From contig OZ037846.1 in the NCBI GenBank assembly GCA_964035575.1, positions 1,426,001 through 1,490,000 on the forward strand: DNA of 64,000 nt, in the 5' to 3' direction. The DNA is from Rhynchopus sp. YZ270_cl-10. Its lineage: Eukaryota. Numbering within the stretch: position 1 is the first letter of the stretch; each line of letters opens with the position of its first letter. Shown piece by piece: positions 44,606 through 54,381 of this stretch. A model generated the notes under the pieces. That model searched no databases. It saw only the letters and a list, made by a program, of their open reading frames with translations, and had not been told where the DNA came from. Made by a program: the position numbers and the translations under genes.

Positions 44606-46663
44606 ATGTCTCTCAAAAGAACGCTCCCCTGCCTGCACAGAGCGTTCACCTTGGATGGGGCGCTCGGAGAGAGGGAGCTGAAGAAGCGTGCGCTCTTCTT
44701 TGTACTATCTGTCTCTGCGTTTGTGCTGACCGTGGCCGCAATGATCTCTGGACACAACAGGGAACGCACCGTATACTTTGTGGCAGCCGTGCTCACGATA
44801 TGTACCTGCCTGGGGACGGTGGTGATCCTTCTTTCAACGAAGCGGCCACTCACAACACGCGTTGAGGTGTGTCTTATCTATTGCTTCTGTGGATGTGTGT
44901 TCCTGTGGGATCTCGAGGCAAGGACGTTGTCGCAAAGCACCTGGCCGTTGTTGGTGCTCGCCATTGATCTGTTATTGGTGATGCAGGTGCCCACAGTGTT
45001 TACGGTAGGTCTTGTCGTGTTTACGTGTGTTTGGATGTTCGTGATGGGTGTGGAGCAGGGCTTCAGGTTTGGTCTGTTTGACATCCCCGGGTTGAACCCG
45101 GTGGAAGGGAGGATAGAGTATTTCCGTAAGATGTCTGACTGTGTCGCGCCGCCGTGTAAGATGGGCTTCCCGCCTGCCACTCTGATGCCCAGTGTTGCGG
45201 TCTTTGTGGTGGATTTTCTAGCGACAAGGGGATTTGCGCGTGATGTGCTGCAGGAGCAAGCCACGATGCAGAGCACGATACGCACCGTGCAGGAGATTGC
45301 CTCGCTGCTTGCGGGGTACGACGTGGAGGGTGTCGGGCGGCTGCTTGCGATGAGAGGTGCGGAGCTGCCGGAGGAGATGCACGGCACCCTGCAGACGCTG
45401 GAGGCAAACCTGCGCCGCTACCGGCCCTACCTCCCGGCTGCGCTCTTTGAGGAAGCTGAGATGGACGGAGGCGACGTGCAGCACACCACAGTACCACCGC
45501 CAGGGCTCACGACAGGGAGTGCCGCCATAGTCTTCACAGACATCCGTGCGTCGACGTCGATCTGGGAGAACGCGCCTGAGGGGATGCGTGCTGGACTGCA
45601 GATCCACAACGCTGTGATGCGTGATGTGATGCGGATGTGTGGTGGGTACGAGGTGAAGACCATTGGCGACGCATTCATGGTCGCCTTCGCCGCCACAGCG
45701 GACGGCGTCAACTTCGCGCTTCGGGTTCACGAACGACTCTTCGCAGCAGACTGGCCGGCCGCACTTCTTGAGGACGCACCGATCTGCGCACCACAAGGAG
45801 ACATTTGGGGTGGGCTCACTGTGCGCATTGGGGTCAACTCTGGGGCCATCACTCTTGAGCAGAACCCTTTGACGGGACGCACTGACTATTTTGGGCCTAC
45901 AGTAAACCTGGCTTCTCGCCTGGAGAGCACTTGCACACCAGGAGCTGTGGCCTTGCCATATGATCTGTGGACAACTGACTGCGGTGCGTGCAACGCTGCT
46001 GTGGGGTGCACTGTGCCGACAGAACTGAAGGGCATATCCGGAACGACTGACGTGCTGAGCATCTGGCCCGTCTCGCTTGCGGGGCGGGAGCTCTCCCCTG
46101 TCCGCGAGGACTCCGGTGGCTGGCACACAACGAGCGACGTTCTTGACTTTGACAACTCCGGCACACTGTCGTTCACGGCGTCGCACTCCGCACGCCAGGC
46201 GCACGCCACCGTCGCTGTGGCAGAGCTGCGTGTGGACGACACCGACGCGGCAGCGCTGCACGACATGAACACCGACCTTGCAACGCTCACAGCCGCGTTG
46301 GACCGCAGCTGTGGGAGTCTGGTGACCCTCCTCGGCAGCCGTGTCTGCCTCGCTTGGAACGTGACCCGTTCTGCCCCTGCACACATGGAGAACGCTATCC
46401 GCTTTGCACAGACCACGTCCCTCCGTGGAGCAGGCCTAGCCAGCGGGGTAGTCCACCACGGCGATGTAGGTGCACGTAGACAACGCTTCGTGACCGTCAT
46501 GGGCGCAACAGTACGCCGCTCCTGGACCCTCTGCGAGCAAGCCTGGGGAAGCGATGGGGTGTGTCTCTTCCAGCTGCCCGAAGGCTCCAGGTGCCCCTCC
46601 TCACTGGAGCACGTTCTCGTGCTGCAGAAGGAGTCTGGTGTGTACCAAGTCTTAAAAGAGTGA
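44606..46663 (+). CDS. Membrane (receptor-type) adenylate cyclase with a second degenerate cyclase domain (685 aa)
   Basis: TM region homologous to the 32770 gene. Intact AIVFTDIRASTSIWE, YEVKTIGDAFMVAF, RIGVNSG and DYFGPTVNLASRLES. C-terminal degenerate copy LLGSRVCLAWN...GLASGVVHHGDVGARRQRFVTVMG. Confidence 0.9.
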   Translation: MSLKRTLPCLHRAFTLDGALGERELKKRALFFVLSVSAFVLTVAAMISGHNRERTVYFVAAVLTICTCLGTVVILLSTKRPLTTRVEVCLIYCFCGCVFLWDLEARTLSQSTWPLLVLAIDLLLVMQVPTVFTVGLVVFTCVWMFVMGVEQGFRFGLFDIPGLNPVEGRIEYFRKMSDCVAPPCKMGFPPATLMPSVAVFVVDFLATRGFARDVLQEQATMQSTIRTVQEIASLLAGYDVEGVGRLLAMRGAELPEEMHGTLQTLEANLRRYRPYLPAALFEEAEMDGGDVQHTTVPPPGLTTGSAAIVFTDIRASTSIWENAPEGMRAGLQIHNAVMRDVMRMCGGYEVKTIGDAFMVAFAATADGVNFALRVHERLFAADWPAALLEDAPICAPQGDIWGGLTVRIGVNSGAITLEQNPLTGRTDYFGPTVNLASRLESTCTPGAVALPYDLWTTDCGACNAAVGCTVPTELKGISGTTDVLSIWPVSLAGRELSPVREDSGGWHTTSDVLDFDNSGTLSFTASHSARQAHATVAVAELRVDDTDAAALHDMNTDLATLTAALDRSCGSLVTLLGSRVCLAWNVTRSAPAHMENAIRFAQTTSLRGAGLASGVVHHGDVGARRQRFVTVMGATVRRSWTLCEQAWGSDGVCLFQLPEGSRCPSSLEHVLVLQKESGVYQVLKE

Positions 46664-47045
46664 AGGACGGTTGCAATATTCCGGCATCTCACAGTAAAAA
46701 AAAATATTTGCGTTCTTCTACCCACCCCGGACTCTTTACATAGCTCGGGTACCGATCAGCTCTTTTCTTCTTCTGTTTTTTTTTTTGAGGCGCCATTTTG
46801 ACAATTTTGTATTCACATACAACGTTTCATAGAATAACAGACTTCGATCGAATGATTGGAAGCGTGTGTGTGTACTTCCGAAATACAATGTCTCTTTTTC
46901 TGTCTTTGGTAATGGTTCATTTGTGTTCTTTTATTGCCCTTTGCTTCGTCCCCTTTCTACGATGTGTCCAATGCAAGTAGAAAAACTCGAATGTTTTCCG
47001 AACCCCTCTGATTTTGCGTTCTTTTTTTTAATCCCTGATTGCATA

Positions 47046-47147
47046 CAGTAAGACAACAAACACCGGTGGGGTAAAAATATAGGTGGATTTTGGGATTTCA
47101 AAGCTCTAAGGAGGGTTTTTACCCCACCGATGTTTGTTGTCTTACTG
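47046..47147. mobile_element. 102-bp MITE, TA TSD
   Basis: TA|CAGTAAGACAACAAACACCGGTGGGGTAAAAA ... TTTTTACCCCACCGATGTTTGTTGTCTTACTG|TA. Confidence 0.85.
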
Positions 47148-47407
47148 TATGTTGAAATAGTTTTTGTGGGTCTTGAAGGTATCGTTATCCCTACCCTACC
47201 CGCTTTGTCGTATCACACGGACAGCTGATGCACGAGAGTGCGGTCACAGTGATTACAACAAGGTTCTGTAGTGCAATGTATTGCGATTTTGACCTTGGTT
47301 GTGCTTTCATCTGGGGGCTACCATCGTGTGGTTGCCATGTGTAGACGCCCTTCTCTTCAAGCCTTTTTAATTATCATTCCACAGCTCCACTTACAAAACA
47401 CTAACAA

Positions 47408-48637
47408 ATGGAGGTGCACGTGACGTGTGTTCTGTCCGGTAATGTGCACATCGTGGAGGTGGAGGAAGGTGCGACGGTGCTGGACGTGCGGGAGCGTGTA
47501 GGGGAGGTGCTGCAGCTAGGCGCCCTGCCGCAGGTGTGGCGGCAGGGGGGTGAGGGCAGGGTGCTGCTGGGCGACGACGGGGATGCTGTGTCTGGGACGG
47601 GGCTGTGCAGTGGCGACACACTTCTCGCCGAGGTGAAGAGGGGGGCGCTGCAGGTGTACATGGATGTCTCCGCAAGCTGGAAGAGTCCCCAGAACCTAGG
47701 CCGCACGTCACGCATTGCGTGCCTATGCCCTGGAGGGCGCTATTGTCTTAACTCCGAGACACCGGGGGGAGGCGACCTTATTAGGACAGACCTCGTCACC
47801 GGCACGTCCACCACCGTCGCACGCCTCGCACCGGAAGTCGTCGCCACCGCCGTTGCAATGATGTCGGAGCAGCACTTCGCCTACCTAACGAACACGTCCG
47901 TCCACATCATGTCGACGGAGAGCACAGAGGAGCAGGTCTCCTTCACCCCTGCGCTTGAGTGCTGCGGCGAGCTGCTCTCCATGACAGGCGCACCCGAGAG
48001 TGTTGTTGTTGGGTGTGAATGCAGTGTCCGGGTGTTCAGCCTTGAGGGTGTGTGTCTGGCGCATGCGGAGGTGCCTGCCTGCCACGTGACGGTGTCGCCC
48101 TGTGCTCGGTGGGTTGCGTGCCTCCATACCGGCCTGCAGCTGCGCGACCTGGAGACGCTCTCCCTCGTCAAGGAGTTCTCCGTCCCGGAGCTTAGTGGCT
48201 GCCGGGCCTTGCAGTCTGCGCCTGCGTTCTCTCCGTGCTCGGAGATGCTTGCGCTCTCATACCAAGGGGGCATGGACGTCTTCTCGGTTGAAGATGGAGA
48301 GCGACGTCACAGCTGCAGCAGACACGAGGACTATGATACACACATTTCGTTCAGCATGTGTGGCGGCTACGTGCTGTCGTGCGACGGAGAGGAAAACCTG
48401 CGCAGCTGGAACCTGGCCACAGGGAAGTCCGACATCATCCACAGGGAGCGGTGGGGGGTGTACTGGTTTGCAGTCTCGCGCAGCATGAAGGCGGCCATCT
48501 TCGTGGATGTGAACGAGCTCTTCGTCAGAACCCTCGGTTCCCCAGCAAGCGCCCCAGTGCCCGCACCCACGCCCCAAAGACAGCAGCGAAGACGCCCCCA
48601 ATCTCAGGCAAAAGAAAAAGGCTGTCAGTGCTGCTAG
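47408..48637 (+). CDS. Ubl domain + WD40-like beta-propeller protein with C-terminal Cys cluster (409 aa)
   Basis: Ubl pattern MEVHVTCVLSGNVHIVEVEEGATVLDVRERV...GLCSGDTL. Blades VTVSPCARWVA, PAFSPCSEMLA and ISFSMCGGYVLSCDGEENLRSWNL. Ends KEKGCQCC. Confidence 0.78.
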   Translation: MEVHVTCVLSGNVHIVEVEEGATVLDVRERVGEVLQLGALPQVWRQGGEGRVLLGDDGDAVSGTGLCSGDTLLAEVKRGALQVYMDVSASWKSPQNLGRTSRIACLCPGGRYCLNSETPGGGDLIRTDLVTGTSTTVARLAPEVVATAVAMMSEQHFAYLTNTSVHIMSTESTEEQVSFTPALECCGELLSMTGAPESVVVGCECSVRVFSLEGVCLAHAEVPACHVTVSPCARWVACLHTGLQLRDLETLSLVKEFSVPELSGCRALQSAPAFSPCSEMLALSYQGGMDVFSVEDGERRHSCSRHEDYDTHISFSMCGGYVLSCDGEENLRSWNLATGKSDIIHRERWGVYWFAVSRSMKAAIFVDVNELFVRTLGSPASAPVPAPTPQRQQRRRPQSQAKEKGCQCC

Positions 48638-49313
48638 CGAGAGACGTTTGGGAACTGCGGCACGACGTGTGTGTTCTTGTGTTGTTCCTATCCTTTGCAC
48701 GACGTACACTTCGTGTTAGTGGGGGATCCCTCAGCGGCATACAGCCCGATCTGTGACTCATGTCCCCCATTTCTCTCATTTTGAGGTGGCCAGGTGCACG
48801 TCGTGCTTGCCCCCTCTACCTCGTGTAGGATCGCTCCCCGTCGGGGGGATGCCGCGGAATCCTACCTAGAGAGGATAGGAGTCCCCACCACCCCCCATGC
48901 CTGTGCAATAAAACTTCCTGTTTTTCCAAGGAAAAAAAGACTGAAACGTTTTGTGTGTTCTTGTGTTGTTCCTATCCTTTGCACGACGTACCACATCTGT
49001 GTTTTATAATTTCGTTTAAAAATCAGTGTCAGGAAACCCTTTAGGGTTTCTCCCAGTGTTGATTTTTTTTTTCACTTGTATTTCACAAAATGCTCGAGAC
49101 CCTCGTAAAAAGGTGCGCATTCTGCGCACCCCCTTCCTCGCTTGTTTTCCCCCTCTCTCTCTCTCTTCCCCCCTGTGCTCCACGACACTTTCTGTACTTC
49201 AGCAAACACATGCAATCCGTAACTCTACATATTTACCGTTATTCGCCATCTTCCTGAACGGCATAATCTACGTTCACAACACCCGCACCACCTATCGCCA
49301 GTAGGCACACAAA

Positions 49314-51788
49314 ATGCATAATATGAAACTGTCCATTGCTGCATGTCTGCTGGCCTCCTGCAGTGTGGGTGCTTACGAGATGCTTTCGGAGCACAACTTT
49401 TTCAAAGTGATGGAGGATCCTCAGTACAGTGAGCACACGGGCGTTCTTTGGTCCACGGACGTACTATCGTTTTTCACGCCAACGTTGTCCGATTTGAACA
49501 AGGTCGTTCTCTCGCGTGTAGTGGTGCGTCGTGTGCAGAGTGATTGCACTGATCCTGTTACATTGCGTTTGGATGTCGGTGGCGAGACGACAGACATGTC
49601 AGACCTGGCAGACGAACAAACCTGGAACCTTGCTGTTAACGTCGACCTCGCTGCCGACAAACTCGAGCTTACATACACAACCGTTTCCAGCTGCAGCAAA
49701 TCGGGCGCCATGTTCGAATCTAAAGTATACCTGGACATCACAAGCACTTCGGACCCGCCCCCCAAGCCACCTTCCGCCCCCATGGCGAAGGTAGAGGAGT
49801 TTATTACAATGAGAAATACAGACTGCGGCGACGCTGACCACGAATGTGACGAAGATGCGCCACTCATCCATAATTTTTATGCGAAACGTGCGTTCTTCGT
49901 TGTGCGTTGCGACTGGGCGTTGACGCTGAAGGTGACCGTATCTTCGGAGTACGTCAGTGTGGTGGGATCAGACGGATCCCTGTATATTTCCCACTACAAA
50001 GTGCCCGCAACCTTCTCCGTCCCCTGCCATGCGGGTAGTGCTGTGTCGCTGTGGGCCTATCCTGGGCCCAGTTCCCTCTCTGCCGACCGCTTTGATCCGA
50101 TGGCAGAAGTGCATTGGTCCTGCGATGTGTGCGAAAATCCTGGGACAGATCCTGTGACAGAAAAGCCGCTGAACACAGGCGAATGCGCTACGGACCCGTG
50201 TGGTCTCGCTCAGACCTGCACCGACCCGGACACTTCGAAGGACGGAGACTTTGTGTGCACATGCGACTCGGACAAGGACAGAAGCGCGGTCGGTGAACGT
50301 GCGGTGTGTGTTGGTATGAGTGAGTGTCGAGCGAGCAGCTGGCCATGTTCCTCTGGACAGATGTGCAGGGATGACGATGAGTTTGTGACTGGCGACTTTG
50401 AGTGCTACTGTCTGGTGGACGTGACGCGAGCACAGGTTGGTGGGCCGGTGGAGTCGTGCGACATTTCGGAAGACGAATGCCTTTTGTTTTCCTGCGGGTG
50501 GGATCAGTACTGCTCGGACCCGTCCCTGACAGAGAAAGGCGACTTCATCTGCTCCTGCGACGAAGACGGGAAGCTGTCAAAGGTAGGAGGGCAGGTGGAC
50601 TCCTGCCCGGACGACGAATGCCTTCTTGCCGACCTCTGTGGAGAAGGGCAGACCTGCACCGACCCGGACTTGACTGACACCCACAACTACGTCTGCACCT
50701 GCACTTCCGACACGACGAAGACGCAGGTGGGTGCTGCTGCAGACTGCTTCACGTCCTACAACGACGAATGTGACACAGATCCCTGCGGTGCCGGGCAGAC
50801 GTGCGCAGACCCGCACATGATGTTGCCCAAGAACTACGTCTGCACCTGCACCTCAGACACATCCCTCACGGCTGTCGCATCGCCAGCGAACTGCGACCCG
50901 TCTTCCCCGTCTTCCGCAAGAGACGAATGCACGTCGCGTCCGTGCGGCACAGTTCAAGACTGCGCCGACCCGAACACAGCGAAGACGGGCGACTTTGTGT
51001 GCACGTGTCCCGACCGTGCCACGAAGGCTGTCGCAAAGCAGGCCGTCTGCCCCCCATCTGGTACGCCCAGCGGGACCAGCACCAGCAACACCGCAAGTGA
51101 CGAATGCCTTGCCAAGCCGTGCCCCGACGGGAAGTATTGTGCAGACCCGAGCACCAAAGCAAACGACTACATCTGCTACTCACCCACGAACTCCTCACCC
51201 AACGGCACGGACGACGACAACGGCGGCACTGTTTTGCTGATCATCATCATTGCGGCTGCGGTGCTGGTTCTGTGCCTCTGTGCCTTGGCAGGGTTTTGTC
51301 TGATTCGCAGAAAGAACCAGCCTGCTGCGAAGACAGTGCACAGCTATCCCCCACAGCAGCACCACCAGCAGCTGCCTCCACCACAGCAACAACAGCAACA
51401 GCAACAACAACAACAACAACAGGAAATGCTCCTTGCAGAACACTCTGTCGTGCACAACCCCATGTCACCGCATCCCGCAGACGTGATCCCGATGTACGAG
51501 GCCAGCCCCCTGCAGGACCTGCTCCTTGCAAGCCAGAAGCGGCCCTCACGTTCCTTGATGAGCGCTGACTCAGCACGTCACACGCCACCCGAGGGCAGAA
51601 TGGGCAGGTCGACAACGTCCCTGGAGACAGGTGGGGTGGCCCCCACGCCAGCTATGTTCCCAACTGGACGCAGGTACCCACGCAGCAAGGAGAGGATGGA
51701 GGAGGTGACGTCAGCTATGCTCATGGGCAGGGCACGTGGCTCCTCCGGGTCCCCGCGCTCAGTGACACCAAATATCACACACGTGTAG
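49314..51788 (+). CDS. Type I membrane protein with ~7 EGF-like Cys-rich repeats and a polyQ cytoplasmic tail (824 aa)
   Basis: Signal peptide MKLSIAACLLASCSVGA, repeats DECxxxPCGxxQxCxDPxxxxxxDFVCTC, TM VLLIIIIAAAVLVLCLCALAGFCLI followed by RRK. Confidence 0.85.
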   Translation: MHNMKLSIAACLLASCSVGAYEMLSEHNFFKVMEDPQYSEHTGVLWSTDVLSFFTPTLSDLNKVVLSRVVVRRVQSDCTDPVTLRLDVGGETTDMSDLADEQTWNLAVNVDLAADKLELTYTTVSSCSKSGAMFESKVYLDITSTSDPPPKPPSAPMAKVEEFITMRNTDCGDADHECDEDAPLIHNFYAKRAFFVVRCDWALTLKVTVSSEYVSVVGSDGSLYISHYKVPATFSVPCHAGSAVSLWAYPGPSSLSADRFDPMAEVHWSCDVCENPGTDPVTEKPLNTGECATDPCGLAQTCTDPDTSKDGDFVCTCDSDKDRSAVGERAVCVGMSECRASSWPCSSGQMCRDDDEFVTGDFECYCLVDVTRAQVGGPVESCDISEDECLLFSCGWDQYCSDPSLTEKGDFICSCDEDGKLSKVGGQVDSCPDDECLLADLCGEGQTCTDPDLTDTHNYVCTCTSDTTKTQVGAAADCFTSYNDECDTDPCGAGQTCADPHMMLPKNYVCTCTSDTSLTAVASPANCDPSSPSSARDECTSRPCGTVQDCADPNTAKTGDFVCTCPDRATKAVAKQAVCPPSGTPSGTSTSNTASDECLAKPCPDGKYCADPSTKANDYICYSPTNSSPNGTDDDNGGTVLLIIIIAAAVLVLCLCALAGFCLIRRKNQPAAKTVHSYPPQQHHQQLPPPQQQQQQQQQQQQQEMLLAEHSVVHNPMSPHPADVIPMYEASPLQDLLLASQKRPSRSLMSADSARHTPPEGRMGRSTTSLETGGVAPTPAMFPTGRRYPRSKERMEEVTSAMLMGRARGSSGSPRSVTPNITHV

Positions 51789-52788
51789 CCAATTGGGCTG
51801 AGGCGTGTTCGGTCGCGCAGTACGTGAAGTTTACTCATCAACGTTCAGAACTGCCTTGACCTCGTATTATTTCAAAACAGATGGGCAACGCCTTCATTCA
51901 AAAAAGGCGTGATTCTTTATCACAAAAAGTAATTCTTAATCATTGTGTTCGTGCGTCTATTTGTAGTTTCATGTGTCCCTATGTGGTGCTTTGGATGAAA
52001 CGAAGAAATGCAAACTCTATTTTTTGACGACGTGCCTCACACCACCATGTAATATCTCCCCCATTTTCCCTGCGACGTCCTCCCTTTCCCCTTTTGTAGA
52101 CTCAGCAACATAGAGACCGTGTGAAAATCTGTTCTCAACCCCGGGTCCCCCCAAAAAAAAAAGCTTGACTGTGTTTTTCGTCTTCCAACGCGTGTGTGCC
52201 CCCGAGTACGAGCGCGAAGACTGTTTGGTAATATCCAGTTCAAACTCAGTACATCAGAGGGTCTCACACTGACGATGTCCCCCTCTGATACCGCCAATGT
52301 ATGCAGTTAGGACTGAAACATGATGTACTGAATTTCTATCCAACCTTATTTTCACACGTGACCCCTTTAACCCTCCCCTGTCCCCCACTTTGATGATGCA
52401 ACTTTTGTGTATACCACAGCACTTCAATGCATAAACAAAATAAAATCCACTTTCTAAAGTTGAGGACGATTTTCGTCTACATCTTTATAGCCTTCGGGCA
52501 ACATTGAGTACAGATCCTGCACTAGCAGGTGATTGTCGACACAACATAAAACGTTTGAAGGGTCCTCAAAAACCTGGTAATTCCCTGTTTTTCTAGGTCA
52601 ATGCCGGTTTTTGGGTGTGGCCGTGTACTTAGAAAATATCCGGGAAACCCCTTGAATTTTTAACTCTCACTAACCGTCACCTGTACAGACTGTAAGACTT
52701 TTGGCCCTTCATTTTGGTGGAGGGGATAAAATAGACTGTCCAGTCAGTGTTGGTTTTACTCTTTTGTTTCCAGTATTGGTGCCCAGTA

Positions 52789-53408
52789 CCGGCCGCGTAT
52801 ATATTACGTCGCGTACTAATTAAGTCGGTTAGGGCAGATGCCGACTTAATTAGTACGCGACGTAATAAGTGTGCGACGTAATTAATTTTTTGAAGAAAAA
52901 CAAAATCTACGTACAAGGTGAGTGGGAAGGATGTCTGGCATTTCTCTTGGTGTTGGCGTGTTGTCCCTCGGCCCTTGACAAGGTTACATTGGGCAGAGAT
53001 TGCAGCATGCAAACGTTTTTTTAATGTTTGTTGGAATATGAACGAATGGCTCAAATTGCGGATTTGAGGAACTCCATCGGCACTTCCCACTCCTTGCGCA
53101 TACGGAGGTACTAGACGCACTGTGGCAGAGTTCTCACCGATTTCTTCCACCTTACCCTGTGCTGTCTACACGCGCCGCGTGTTGGGTTTGTTCTCCTCCT
53201 CGCTCACACACATCTGCGATGACTTCGGGATTGTGTGGGTTTGGTGGTATCCCCCCCAGTGATGTGCCCACACCAGCTGTGTTCCAACATGATTACCCCC
53301 ACTTTTTTTTTCACCTTACGGTGTGTACTAATTACGTCGCTTTTTGGGCGCCCGCGGGCCCCCAAAAAGCGACTTAATTAGTACGCGACGTAATATGTAC
53401 GCGGCCGG
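52789..53408. mobile_element. Non-autonomous TIR element, TA TSD
   Basis: TA|CCGGCCGCGTATATATTACGTCGCGTACTAATTAAGTCG ... CGACTTAATTAGTACGCGACGTAATATGTACGCGGCCGG|TA. Confidence 0.85.
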
Positions 53409-53413
53409 TATTA

Positions 53414-53545
53414 CCGTAATCGTAAAAATTCTGGGGCGTAAAAATGTCCCAAGTTTCAGATTTTCCTCCAATTGTCCCAGTTTTGTTACGTCCCAGAATA
53501 TTTACGTCCCAAAAAATTTACGTCCCAGAATTCTTACGATTACGG
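53414..53545. mobile_element. MITE, TA TSD, abutting the previous element
   Basis: TA|CCGTAATCGTAAAAATTCTGGG ... CCCAGAATTCTTACGATTACGG|TA, with internal GTCCCA subrepeats. Confidence 0.8.
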
Positions 53546-53853
53546 TATATTAATTATCATTTGATTTTGCCTGAACTTTGTGTCGAGTTTTGGTGGTGTT
53601 AAAACCACTTTTTAACTCCACCAAATTTCATGTAAAATCAGGTGGACACAGTTCCGTTTAGTCTTCGTTGTTTTTGTCTCTTGTCTTTTCTCTCTCTCTG
53701 TCTCTCGTGTCTTTTGTTGTTGTGTTTTGTTATGAACGCCTTTATTTCCTTTGTTTCGCAAGGGTACATTTTTTGCACCCTCTTTTGGTGTTACCGAAAG
53801 GGCCCATATTGACAGGTCCTTGACATGGAGTTGTGAAAACTTGGCCATTCATT

Positions 53854-53998
53854 GTACCATAGTACCATAGTACCATAGTACCATAGTACCATAGTACCAT
53901 AGTACCATAGTACCATAGTACCATAGTACCATAGTACCATAGTACCATAGTACCATAGTACCATAGTACCATAGTACCATAGTACCATAGTACCATAG
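53854..53998. repeat. (GTACCATA)n 8-bp microsatellite
   Basis: About 18 perfect units. Confidence 0.95.
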
Positions 53999-54257
53999 CA
54001 CATGACAAGGTGGGTTGTGTATGAAGTGTGGGACACAAAAACGCCTACGTGGGGACGGTACGTGGCCAATAGCTCACCTGTCACATCAGCAGCGATGCGA
54101 CGTACGATTCTGTAACGAAGGAGCACTTTGATTGCGCGGTGACGCTGGCCAGCAACAGGTGGACGCAGGACAGGATCCGAGCGTTCTGCTTGCAGGACAA
54201 GGAGCTGCGCGAGGAGTTCGACACAGCGCCAACGTAGGGCGTTGACCTCTTCCTTCG

Positions 54258-54381
54258 CACAGTACGCAGTACACAGTACACAGTACACAGTACACAGTAC
54301 ACAGTACACAGTACACAGTACACAGTACACAGTACACAGTACACAGTACACAGTACACAGTACACAGTACACAGTACACAC
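54258..54381. repeat. (CAGTACA)n 7-bp microsatellite
   Basis: About 17 units, same unit as 4527-4635. Confidence 0.95.
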
